This document shows, piece by piece, positions 19,525 to 27,923 of a DNA stretch of 64,000 nt. Position numbers and translations under genes: made by a program. Numbering within the stretch: the first letter of the stretch is position 1; the number at the start of each line of letters is the position of its first letter. The notes beneath the pieces were generated by a model. The model saw only the letters and a list, made by a program, of their open reading frames with translations. It did not search any database and was not told the DNA's origin. The stretch is from Klebsiella pneumoniae (lineage in GTDB: Bacteria; Pseudomonadota; Gammaproteobacteria; Eutrophobiales; Eutrophobiaceae). The stretch is taken from positions 22,535 to 86,534 of the forward strand of contig CAMBTO010000002.1 of NCBI GenBank assembly GCA_945870865.1. Direction: 5' to 3'.

Positions 19525-21570
19525 GTGGATCAAGGGGGAAAGGGTATGCGCCATAGCCAAACTAATGTCAGGTATCTGTTGTTAATGTCATTGCTGTTTA
19601 CCTTGCCGGGGGTTGTTACCGCCGCCCCCGTGACCACAGTCACCCCGGGCCGTATCCATTTTGACAAAGGCGAGGTACGCAGTGTCGCGATCAGTGAGGG
19701 CGAACAATCCTATATCGTCGCCGCGCTGTCGTTTGCAGGCGTGGTCTCGTTGTCAGGCGACGGTCAGGTGCTGGACAGCATCGATTCCGCAGACCCGTTG
19801 TCACAAGTGGTCGGTGTGGCCATCTCGTCAGAGTATAGACACGACTCCCGCAAGCTGATGCTGGTGGCGATGGTTGACCTGTCGAAATTTCGCATCATCT
19901 TGCGCGGTCTCGACCCGGAGACCGGCCGTTTTGTCGACCCGGGCCTGATCGCAGAACAGGGCAATATCACCGTGATGCCGCGCACGACCCATGTCTGCTT
20001 TGCCCGTGACACCCATGATAATAGTCTGTATTTATTTGCCGGCGGTGACCACGGTCGCCTGTTTCAGTACCGGATTTATAACAGCGAAAGCGGGCCAATA
20101 ACCGTTCGTGAAATGCAGCAGGTGGTCATTGGTGGACCCACCACCTCATGCAGCAGTGACGATGATAGCGGCATTGTTTATCTGACTGAACCGGCGATGG
20201 GACTGTGGCAGGTCATCGCCGACCCGGAGGAGGTCCCCGTGCGTAAGCCGGTTGAGCTGAACAAACCGTACGGACAATTTGCCGAGCCGATTGCCGTCAC
20301 CGGGATCTATCAGGGACAGCAACGCTTGTCCTTGCTGGCTGACAAGGACAGCGGGATGTATGTGCAGGTCACCGCCAGGGGTGAGATCACCGAACACTAT
20401 CCGATAGACGACGAGGTAATGGTGGGATCACTGGCGGCGATCGCCAGCGGTACGTTGACCCAGGCTGGCCGTAAGCAGGATATGATCGCTCTCGCCGTTA
20501 CTGGTGATGCCGGTGACGGGGACATCTATTTGCGTCCTCTACCGGATTCCGCTACGGCCAAAGGCGCGGGAAACAGCCAGCCCAACGATGCGGTTGTGCA
20601 TACCCAGGTGATCAGCGCACCGGTCACCGGCGGCATGGACGCCGCCGATGATCCGGCCATCTGGATCAATCCGCGCAACCCCGCCGACAGTCTGGTGCTC
20701 GGGGCAGACAAGGGTGCCGGTCTCGGGGTCTATGATCTGGACGGCCGCTTGTTGCAGTTTTTGGCGGACGGTCGCATCAACAATATCGATTTGCGTGCCG
20801 GATTTTCGGACATCGGTGCGCTGGCGCACATCGCCGTCGGGTCGGACCGTACCAAAATGGCGCTGGCGATCTATGCAATCGACGAGGCCACGCGCAAGGT
20901 CAGCCGTATTGATGCGCGGACCATCCCGGCCGAATTTCATGATTTGTATGGCTTGTGTATGTATCACAGTCAACGCACCGGTGACCTGTACGCCTTTGCG
21001 ACCAGTGCAGACGGGCGTATGCACCAGTGGCGCCTGTTTCCAGTCGCCGGTAACAAGGTTGATGCCGAGCTGGTCCGCCGCATCAATATAGGATCGGTAG
21101 CAGAAGGCTGTGTCGTCGACGATGAGACCGGCCATCTGTACGTATCAGAGGAAACCGTCGCGGTCTGGCGTTATGGCGCCGAGCCCGGCGATGGAGAGAC
21201 GCGCACCGCGGTCGCACGGATAGAGCCCGGTGGCGTGCTGGCAGAGGATCTGGAAGGTCTGGCGATCTACAAGACGGCCAACGGCGGTGGTTACCTGATA
21301 GTGACCTCGGAAGGATCCGATAACTATGCTGTATATGATCGCAAACCGCCGCATGCCTACCGGGGATCGTTCTGGATACGGGCAAACGCGGAGGCGGGTC
21401 TGGATGGCACCTCGCAGACTGATGGAATAGAGGTGACACCGATGGCCTTGCCCGGCTTTCCCCTGGGCTTGATGGTCGCGCAGGATGGCCGTTATGACGA
21501 GAGCCAGAATTTCAAATTTGTATCCTGGGCGGATATCGCCGCACAACTGCAACTGGATGATCTGCCGTGA
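19525..21570 (+). CDS. secreted dual-domain beta-propeller phytase (3-phytase, BPP family)
   Basis: Signal peptide and a DDPAIWINP motif. Two internally homologous halves (…FAGGDHGRLFQYRI… vs …FATSADGRMHQWRL…; …IGGPTTSCSSDDDSGIVYLTEP… vs …IGSVAEGCVVDDETGHLYVSEE…) match tandem BPP domains. Confidence 0.7.
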   Translation: MDQGGKGMRHSQTNVRYLLLMSLLFTLPGVVTAAPVTTVTPGRIHFDKGEVRSVAISEGEQSYIVAALSFAGVVSLSGDGQVLDSIDSADPLSQVVGVAISSEYRHDSRKLMLVAMVDLSKFRIILRGLDPETGRFVDPGLIAEQGNITVMPRTTHVCFARDTHDNSLYLFAGGDHGRLFQYRIYNSESGPITVREMQQVVIGGPTTSCSSDDDSGIVYLTEPAMGLWQVIADPEEVPVRKPVELNKPYGQFAEPIAVTGIYQGQQRLSLLADKDSGMYVQVTARGEITEHYPIDDEVMVGSLAAIASGTLTQAGRKQDMIALAVTGDAGDGDIYLRPLPDSATAKGAGNSQPNDAVVHTQVISAPVTGGMDAADDPAIWINPRNPADSLVLGADKGAGLGVYDLDGRLLQFLADGRINNIDLRAGFSDIGALAHIAVGSDRTKMALAIYAIDEATRKVSRIDARTIPAEFHDLYGLCMYHSQRTGDLYAFATSADGRMHQWRLFPVAGNKVDAELVRRINIGSVAEGCVVDDETGHLYVSEETVAVWRYGAEPGDGETRTAVARIEPGGVLAEDLEGLAIYKTANGGGYLIVTSEGSDNYAVYDRKPPHAYRGSFWIRANAEAGLDGTSQTDGIEVTPMALPGFPLGLMVAQDGRYDESQNFKFVSWADIAAQLQLDDLP

Positions 21571-21576
21571 TGATGA

Positions 21577-21999
21577 ACGCAAGTTACCGACGCCGAATCC
21601 AGCACAGTCTCGAATGGCTGTATTATTTTGCGCGGGCAGCCCGTCTTTGAGAGCATGGGTGCGACCCTGCAGACCTATATCTTCAATAATTTTTTCCCCG
21701 CGTTCGGGCAAAATATCCTTGAATACATCAACACCTTTACCCAGAAGGCCTCGGAGTTGACAGTCACGGGACTGTTGATGTTGTTCGTAGTCGCGCTGAT
21801 GATGATAGCGACGATAGACGATGCGCTGAATTCCATCTGGCATGTACGTAATCGCCGTACCTTCATTGCCCGGTTTCTGGTGTATTGGGCGATACTGACG
21901 ATGGGACCGTTACTGGTCGGGGTGAGCCTGATTTCCACGTGCCGCAGGCAGCGTTGTATGGCCTCGGCAGCGAACTGTCTCGTTATCAGCAGCCGCTAA
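21577..21999 (+). pseudogene. remnant of yihY/BrkB-family membrane protein gene, truncated at both ends
   Basis: …FNNFFPAFGQNILEYINTF…LMMIATIDDALNSIWHVRNRRTFIARFLVYWAILTMGPLLVGVSL matches the central conserved region of YihY. There is no start codon in frame after the stop at 21574. Similarity ends at ~21935 and no continuation is found in other frames. Confidence 0.55.
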
Positions 22000-22102
22000 C
22001 AGACAATCTGACCGTGTCGGTTAGTACCATATTGAAACAGAAGCAGGACAATCCGGTATTATAGTGATACGTATCATTTGACCGGACGCCAGGAAACACA
22101 GA

Positions 22103-22624
22103 ATGACAAACAACGATATCATCCGCCGCATACGCTACATCTTCGATTTTAACGACTACAGAATGATCGCCATCTTTGCACTGGCCGAGGTCGAGGTCTC
22201 CCGCGAACAGATCAGTAACTGGTTGAAAAAAGATGAGGATTCGGCGTACCAGGCCTGCAACGATATAATGATGGCCACCTTCCTGAACGGCCTGATCCTC
22301 GAAACCCGCGGGAAAAAGGAAGGTCCACAACCTGAACCTGAAAAGCGCCTGACCAACAATATCGTCTTTATGAAACTGAAGATAGCGCTGAACATGCAGG
22401 CCGATGCGGTGCTGGAGATACTGGAGTCGGTTGGCCTGAAGATCAGCAAACATGAATTAAGTGCGTTATTCCGCAAGCCCGGGCATAAACATTATCGTGA
22501 CTGCAAGGACCAGATATTACGCAACTTTCTCAAAGGACTACAGCTGAAATATCGCGGCAATCGCAGTGCCTATGAGGAAATCGGGACAGACGAGGATGTA
22601 ATAACGGGTGATAACATTACATAA
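22103..22624 (+). CDS. DUF1456 (YehS-like) family protein
   Basis: 173 aa with two internal repeats (NNDIIRRIRYIFDFNDYRMIAIFALA… / …KLKIALNMQADAVLEILESVGLKISKHELSALF) characteristic of DUF1456. Confidence 0.55.
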   Translation: MTNNDIIRRIRYIFDFNDYRMIAIFALAEVEVSREQISNWLKKDEDSAYQACNDIMMATFLNGLILETRGKKEGPQPEPEKRLTNNIVFMKLKIALNMQADAVLEILESVGLKISKHELSALFRKPGHKHYRDCKDQILRNFLKGLQLKYRGNRSAYEEIGTDEDVITGDNIT

Positions 22625-23248
22625 CACGGTCCCATTTATTAGTTCTGACAGAGTGCTCGAAAATCGCATCCCGAAGAAAGTTCCGTCCTCATCCCGGATT
22701 ATTTGATACTGGACAGTAAAAACTGTTTCAATATCTTCGATATAGGTATAACGAATTATTGATGGTATTATCTCTCTGTTGAAGGGCTCTTGAGCCCATC
22801 TACAGGGCCCCTAGTAGCACCCCCCCGCTGCCGGGGCCCTTCTATTGATACCTCTCATGATCCAGCTGTCTCCATCGAGTCCGCAATTACATATCGTCTA
22901 TCTAAAGCTTTTAAAGTCAATTATTTAATAGAAGTTACAGGGGCAAGTTACTGAACCGCCCGAATACGTTATCAGAATCAAGTTAACTGTGACTGAAACT
23001 CTCAAGGGCCTTTTGCAGGGTTAAAAGCTCGTCAGTCATATCCTTGCTGAAATAAAACGACGGTTAAGTTGATACGCACGTTGTTTGCATGCATCGAACG
23101 CCGTGTTATACCGCATTTCAATTTCCCTTTGTGTAATTGATCTTTTAGTGAAATCACTGCTAGCGCTTGGTATTTCTCGTAAGGACTTAGCTAAAGCTAT
23201 ATCGACAATCTCTCAAGCGGCATAACGATTAAGACGAGCAGGGATCGC

Positions 23249-23320
23249 GGGGACAGTTTACTTATCTGCCTGTTGTAATCTCAATTAAGTAAACTGTCCC
23301 GAAAACTCAGTTTTTTCGCG
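23249..23320 (+). terminator. 15-bp perfect inverted repeat followed by T6 (terminator-like; possible 3' end of an unannotated sRNA)
   Basis: GGGACAGTTTACTTA-(21 nt)-TAAGTAAACTGTCCC then gaaaactcagTTTTTTcg. It lies in an 800-bp ORF-free AT-rich region. Confidence 0.4.
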
Positions 23321-23442
23321 GTTAGTTTCGACATTACGCCAGAGAATATATCAAAAATATACAACTGGCCTATATCGCAGTAAAAGGACTTTCGGTAATT
23401 TCGGGTGTACTATTTGCAAACCTGACTGATAGGGAATGCTTT

Positions 23443-23895
23443 ATGATACTGGACGTACTGGAAAACGCTGATCGCTATCTCACCCTGAACAAGGGTTTCA
23501 AAACCGCGTTTTCCTTTCTGATGCGATCGGATCTGCAAAAACTTGCGCCGGGCCGGCATGAAGTCGCCAATGATCGTGTATTCGCGCTGGTCGAGGATGC
23601 ACCGGGTCGCCAACCGGAGCAGGCCGAGCTGGAGTCGCATGAAAAATATATCGATATCCAGCTGGTGGTGACCGGTATGGATACGATGGGCTGGAAACGC
23701 ACGGCGACCTGTACGCAGGTCTCGAAGGCATATCATCCTGGCAAGGACATCGGCTTTTTCAAGAACAAGCCCGATGTGTGGTTACCGGTCAGTGCTGGTA
23801 TGTATGCGATCTTTTTTCCGGAAGATGCCCACATGCCGATGATCTCCACGGAGCGTATACGCAAGGTTGTGATGAAGATAGCACTCGATCAATAA
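23443..23895 (+). CDS. YhcH/YjgK/YiaL-family (DUF386) protein
   Basis: 150 aa. MILDVL…YIDIQLVVTGMDTMGW…GMYAIFFPEDAHMP…RKVVMKIA matches the DUF386 beta-sandwich family as I recall it. Confidence 0.7.
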   Translation: MILDVLENADRYLTLNKGFKTAFSFLMRSDLQKLAPGRHEVANDRVFALVEDAPGRQPEQAELESHEKYIDIQLVVTGMDTMGWKRTATCTQVSKAYHPGKDIGFFKNKPDVWLPVSAGMYAIFFPEDAHMPMISTERIRKVVMKIALDQ

Positions 23896-23936
23896 ACCCG
23901 GGCAAAATCGGCACGCAGATTAAGGGGAGAGAACAG

Positions 23937-24100
23937 ATGAGTGAACTGGTCAACATCTTGCTGGCGATATTTTGCCGCCAGTGGGTGTGTTTCTGCAGGT
24001 CGGTATCGGCAAGCATTTCTGGATCAATATCATCCTGACACTGTGCTGTTATATCCCGGGAATCGTGCACGCGGTCTGGGTCATTTCGAAGAAAAAATAG
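23937..24100 (+). pseudogene. pmp3/yqaE-family proteolipid gene disrupted by a -1 frameshift in a T-run (or homopolymer sequencing error)
   Basis: A strong RBS (AAGGGGAG) precedes ATG 23937. MSELVNILLAIF is in frame 0. The rest of the family-conserved sequence PPVGVFLQVGIGKHFWINIILTLCCYIPGIVHAVWVISKKK* is in the -1 frame, and the shift is at TTTT (~23970). Confidence 0.6.
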
Positions 24101-24113
24101 GGGAGGGCAGCAC

Positions 24114-25754
24114 ATGCAGCTGAAGCAAAGATGGTTCCGGTTTCTGGTATTACCACTCCTGATTTTCAATGCCTCGACCAGTGCACAGGATGGTGCAAAG
24201 TCCTCATTTGATATCATGGAGGCAAGCATTGCGGATATCCATGCTGGATATAAGGATGGCAGCCTGACGGCAGTGCAGTTGGTGCAACTGTATCTTGATC
24301 GTATCAATGCCTATGATCAGACCGGCCCGAAGATTAATTCGATTATCATGGTCAACAAAAATGCGCTGGCCGAAGCGGCTGCGCTTGATCGTGCGCGTGA
24401 ACAATCCGGACTGCGTGGCCCCTTGCATGGCATTCCTGTTGTGCTGAAAGACAATATCAATACGCTGGATATGCCCACCACGAACGGCTCGGCGATCTTG
24501 AGCGGTGTGATCCCGCCGACCGATGCAATGTTAACGCGTGAGTTGCGGAAGGCCGGTGCGATAATTCTCGGCAAGGCGGCAATGGGCGAGTTTGCCTCGG
24601 GCAGTTATAACTCGGTCAGTGGCCAGACCATCAACCCCTACAATTTCAAGCGTGACACCGGTGGATCCAGCAGTGGTTCAGCAGCAGCGATAGCCTCGAA
24701 TTTTGCAGTGCTGGCTGTGGGTACCGATACGAGCACATCCGTGCGTGGGCCCTCGGCGTTTAACGGCATCGTTGGCCTGCGCCCGACCACCGGCCTTGTC
24801 AGCCGTGCCGGTATCGCACCGAAAGATCTCGAGTTTGATACGGCCGGTCCGATGGCGCGGACGGTGACCGATGTGGCGCGTATGCTTGATGTGCTCGCCG
24901 TGCAGGATCCGGAAGACCCTTTGAGCCGCATAGTCTGGGACGAGTTTGCGCGTCATTATGCGGTAAAGGACGGGCGGATTCAGTTCAGTCAGTATCTGGA
25001 TGCAGATGCATTGCGTGGCAAGCGGGTCGGTGTGTTGCGGGACTTCTTCGGTGGTGACCCTGAAATCGTGGCGATGGCCGAGGCGGCGTTAAAACAGCTG
25101 GAGGCGCTCGGTGCAACGCTGGTTGACATCCGGCTCGATGCGGATTTTATGGCGCGGTATACCGGTGAGGGCGAGACCCGGATCCGTCGTACGGCCGATT
25201 CCCGTTTCCAGCGTGACTGGGAGCAGTATGCCACAACGCTGAAGGGCACGCCGGCTACTGTGGCTGAATATATTGATCTGTACGAGAACAAGGTCAATAA
25301 GTCGGCACTGCCGACGACCGAGGGCACGCTGCGTTTACTGAAGGCCTCATTGAAGACTTCCACTGAAGATGCCGCCTACAAGCAGCTGGTTAGCGAGACG
25401 CTGCCGAAGGCGACCGCAGACAAACTCGCGGTGTTTGAAAAACACGGGGTTGATGTGCTGGTGTTTCCCTATGAGACCAGTTTTGCCAGGGTGATCAGTA
25501 ATCCAGTGTATAAACTCGAAGACCCGAGCTATGTCGATTCCGATGTGGAATCACCGGCAACACTGGCCGGGTATAACTCGACCGGGTTCCCCGGCGTGGT
25601 TGTGCCGATGGGGTACGGGACACAAGGTCTGCCGATGGCGCTGGGTTTTATGGGCAAACCGTATGATGACGGCCCACTGCTTGGTTATGCCTACGCCTAT
25701 GAACAGGCCAGTCGCAAACGCAAACCCTCACCGCTGTTGCCACCGCTGCAGTAA
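24114..25754 (+). CDS. secreted amidase (amidase-signature family)
   Basis: Signal peptide, then the GGSSSGSAAAIA amidase signature with the Ser-cisSer-Lys context. 546 aa. Confidence 0.8.
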   Translation: MQLKQRWFRFLVLPLLIFNASTSAQDGAKSSFDIMEASIADIHAGYKDGSLTAVQLVQLYLDRINAYDQTGPKINSIIMVNKNALAEAAALDRAREQSGLRGPLHGIPVVLKDNINTLDMPTTNGSAILSGVIPPTDAMLTRELRKAGAIILGKAAMGEFASGSYNSVSGQTINPYNFKRDTGGSSSGSAAAIASNFAVLAVGTDTSTSVRGPSAFNGIVGLRPTTGLVSRAGIAPKDLEFDTAGPMARTVTDVARMLDVLAVQDPEDPLSRIVWDEFARHYAVKDGRIQFSQYLDADALRGKRVGVLRDFFGGDPEIVAMAEAALKQLEALGATLVDIRLDADFMARYTGEGETRIRRTADSRFQRDWEQYATTLKGTPATVAEYIDLYENKVNKSALPTTEGTLRLLKASLKTSTEDAAYKQLVSETLPKATADKLAVFEKHGVDVLVFPYETSFARVISNPVYKLEDPSYVDSDVESPATLAGYNSTGFPGVVVPMGYGTQGLPMALGFMGKPYDDGPLLGYAYAYEQASRKRKPSPLLPPLQ

Positions 25755-25756
25755 AC

Positions 25757-26092
25757 ATGTACGTCGTATTCAATATTATCCGCGTTAAGCAGGAACATCT
25801 GGAACAGTTTCTGGCCGGGGTGTATCAGCATGCGCACAACTCCAGTGCTGAACCGGGATGTATGCGATATGAAGTGATGCAGGATGTGTCGGACCCGCAG
25901 ATAGTCTGTTTGCATGAGGTGTTTGCGGATGAAGCGGCTTTTCGCCAGCATCTCACCTACGCCTTTTACAAGGCGTGGATGGCAAGGTCGAAAGACTGGC
26001 GGCACAGTGAAAACCGGATACGACATGTGCTCGACTTTGTCTATGGCCCGGACCAGGCAGATAGTGACATGCGACAAAACACGGGTGTCTGA
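25757..26092 (+). CDS. antibiotic-biosynthesis-monooxygenase (ABM) domain protein
   Basis: ~110-aa ferredoxin-like ABM pattern (YVVFNIIRVK…RYEVMQD…LHEVFADEAAFRQHLTYAFY). Confidence 0.65.
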   Translation: MYVVFNIIRVKQEHLEQFLAGVYQHAHNSSAEPGCMRYEVMQDVSDPQIVCLHEVFADEAAFRQHLTYAFYKAWMARSKDWRHSENRIRHVLDFVYGPDQADSDMRQNTGV

Positions 26093-26570
26093 GACGGTTT
26101 TACCGCGTCCTGCGGAGTCCAACGATTACCTCGCCGGACATGTACAGTTATTGCGGGACAGCCTGCGTGCTTTGACCGGTCGTGATCTGGTGGGCGATGA
26201 CCTGTCAGCGCTGGAAGCGGCCAGACAGGTCTTTCATGCCCCGTTTGTCGTGCTGTCCCACAATACCAATACCGACCCCATCCTGACCTATGCGAACCTT
26301 GTAGCTTTACAGCTGTTTGAGATGCCGTGGGAAGATCTGATCCTGACTCCGTCACGTTTGACCGCTGAGGCAACGGTACGTGCCGAACGGGAACGCCTGC
26401 TGACCCGCGTTGCTGCACAGGGTTTTATAGACGATTACTCCGGCGTGCGCGTTTCCTGCAGTGGCCGCCGGTTTTCTATCAATAAAGCGACAGTCTGGAA
26501 CCTGACCGACCCTGCTGGGCAGTACCGAGGGCAGGCGGCAATGTTCGCCAACTGGACTTTCCTGATATGA
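26085..26570 (+). CDS. MEKHLA-domain protein (start uncertain: GTG 26085 or ATG 26043)
   Basis: …HAPFVVLSHNTNTDPILTYANLVALQLFEMPWEDLILTPSRL…ERERLL…GFIDDYSGVRVSCSGRRFSINKATVWNL…G.YRGQAAMFANW matches the MEKHLA domain consensus. The 5' part of the long ORF from 25914 overlaps the ABM gene and is probably not translated. Confidence 0.55.
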   Translation: MSETVLPRPAESNDYLAGHVQLLRDSLRALTGRDLVGDDLSALEAARQVFHAPFVVLSHNTNTDPILTYANLVALQLFEMPWEDLILTPSRLTAEATVRAERERLLTRVAAQGFIDDYSGVRVSCSGRRFSINKATVWNLTDPAGQYRGQAAMFANWTFLI

Positions 26571-26622
26571 TGGTGTCTTCGTGGATACAGCTTGAACTTA
26601 TATATATGCCCCGATAACGTGG

Positions 26623-26856
26623 ATGAGTATGTCAACCAGCACACCGGAATTTCACAGATTAATCGCCAGTCTTGATGGTGATGAGGAATTACTCGCGACT
26701 ATCGCCGCGCCAGTCGCCGGTTTCTACAGCGCGTTTGCCGAACAGATGCGGCTATTGCTGGATGACACGAATTACGCGGGGCTGAAGAATGTCGCACATA
26801 AACTGGAGGCCACCTGGAGTATGTACGCAGAAAATTATCATGACGCGCCTGAATAG
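26623..26856 (+). CDS. small hypothetical protein, possibly Hpt-like
   Basis: 77-aa helical-looking protein. NVAHKLEATWSMYAE faintly resembles an HxxKG Hpt motif. The call is weak. Confidence 0.25.
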   Translation: MSMSTSTPEFHRLIASLDGDEELLATIAAPVAGFYSAFAEQMRLLLDDTNYAGLKNVAHKLEATWSMYAENYHDAPE

Positions 26857-27171
26857 CTTGAGGCCGTGACCCGCAGTGTGGTCAATTCCCCGGCACTGAC
26901 TGGCATACCATACAGCGGTAATGCCATGATCAGCACCAGCAGGATCTGCCGCAGTTTCAGTTTATCACTCTGACCTGTTTTCATGGTTGCGATGATCAAC
27001 GATACGAGTCGACGACACAGTCCGTGTTTGGTATCAAACTGTCACCGCGCGTAACCCGATAAAGTCTCATGGCAGTATCGTGATGCGCAGACTTTCTGAA
27101 TAAGGATGCAAGGTGAGTATGTAGCGGGAGTGTATGGCAACAGTAACAGTCTGTAACCGGTGTATCGAAGA

Positions 27172-27215
27172 TCACTGCTGTAATAGCAGATCACTGCTGT
27201 AATAGCAGATCAGTC
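27172..27215. repeat. tandem direct repeat of the 19-bp unit GATCACTGCTGTAATAGCA (2.3 copies), each unit containing a CTGCT-gtaat-AGCAG mini-hairpin
   Basis: Read directly from the sequence. It abuts the stop codon of the response-regulator gene. Confidence 0.8.
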
Positions 27216-27914
27216 CCAGCCGGTTGTGTTGAACAGATAACCCTTGCTACGGACCGTCTTGATTCGGTGCGGATTATCTGTGTCATCACCGAGACGTTTG
27301 CGCAGTCTTGAGATTTTCATATCAATGGAACGATCCAGACTATCATGTTCAATGCCGCGCAGTTTTTTCTGGATGTCATCACGTGAGACTATCACGCCCG
27401 CACTGCTGGCAAGCAACCACAATAAATCAAAATCAGCCGTGGTGAGTGAAACTTCCTCACCACCCAGCTTCACACTGCGAGTCAACTTGTTGATAAAAAA
27501 ATAGCTGTAGCTGTCCTGTTTGCCGATATGATTGGTGACGGTATCACCTCGGCGCAGAATGGCCTTCAACCGGGCATGTATCAAACGGGGTTCGGCAGGT
27601 TTGGTAATGTAATCATCCGCGCCAAGTTCAAGACCTATGATCTGATCGATATCATCATCACGGGCCGTCAGCATGATAATCGGATCATCAAAACTGGCCC
27701 GGACTTCCCTGCACACTTCATACCCGTCCTTGCCCGGCAGGTTCAGATCCAGAATCAATGCATTCGGTTCATATTTTTCAATGGCGGCGAGTACATTGTC
27801 ACCATCTGATTCAGTGATCACCCTGAAGTTCTGCTTTTCCAGATAACGCGAAAGTGTCAGTGCCATGACCTCGTCGTCTTCCACCAGCAGGATAGTCTTG
27901 TTAGGGATTGTCAT
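27210..27914 (-). CDS. OmpR/PhoB-family two-component response regulator (orphan: no kinase in window)
   Basis: The receiver domain (LLVEDDEVMAL…ILDLNLPGKDGYEV…IMLTARDDDID…GADDYITKP) is followed by a winged-helix domain (…RLRKRLG…IKTVRSKGY). Confidence 0.85.
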   Translation of the reverse strand: MTIPNKTILLVEDDEVMALTLSRYLEKQNFRVITESDGDNVLAAIEKYEPNALILDLNLPGKDGYEVCREVRASFDDPIIMLTARDDDIDQIIGLELGADDYITKPAEPRLIHARLKAILRRGDTVTNHIGKQDSYSYFFINKLTRSVKLGGEEVSLTTADFDLLWLLASSAGVIVSRDDIQKKLRGIEHDSLDRSIDMKISRLRKRLGDDTDNPHRIKTVRSKGYLFNTTGWD

Positions 27915-27923
27915 TTCTTCAGG

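Noticed and set aside
22625-23442. tmRNA, RNase P RNA or 6S RNA in the 800-bp non-coding region
   Set aside because: I looked for the conserved tmRNA 3' end (…GGTTCGAATCC…CCACCA), RNase P P4 (AGTCCGG…) and 6S features and did not find them, so a known housekeeping RNA is not supported. A novel sRNA is still possible (see findings).
27172-27215. Possible CRISPR-like repeat
   Set aside because: Only 2.3 directly abutting 19-bp units with no spacers and no cas genes. It is a simple tandem repeat.
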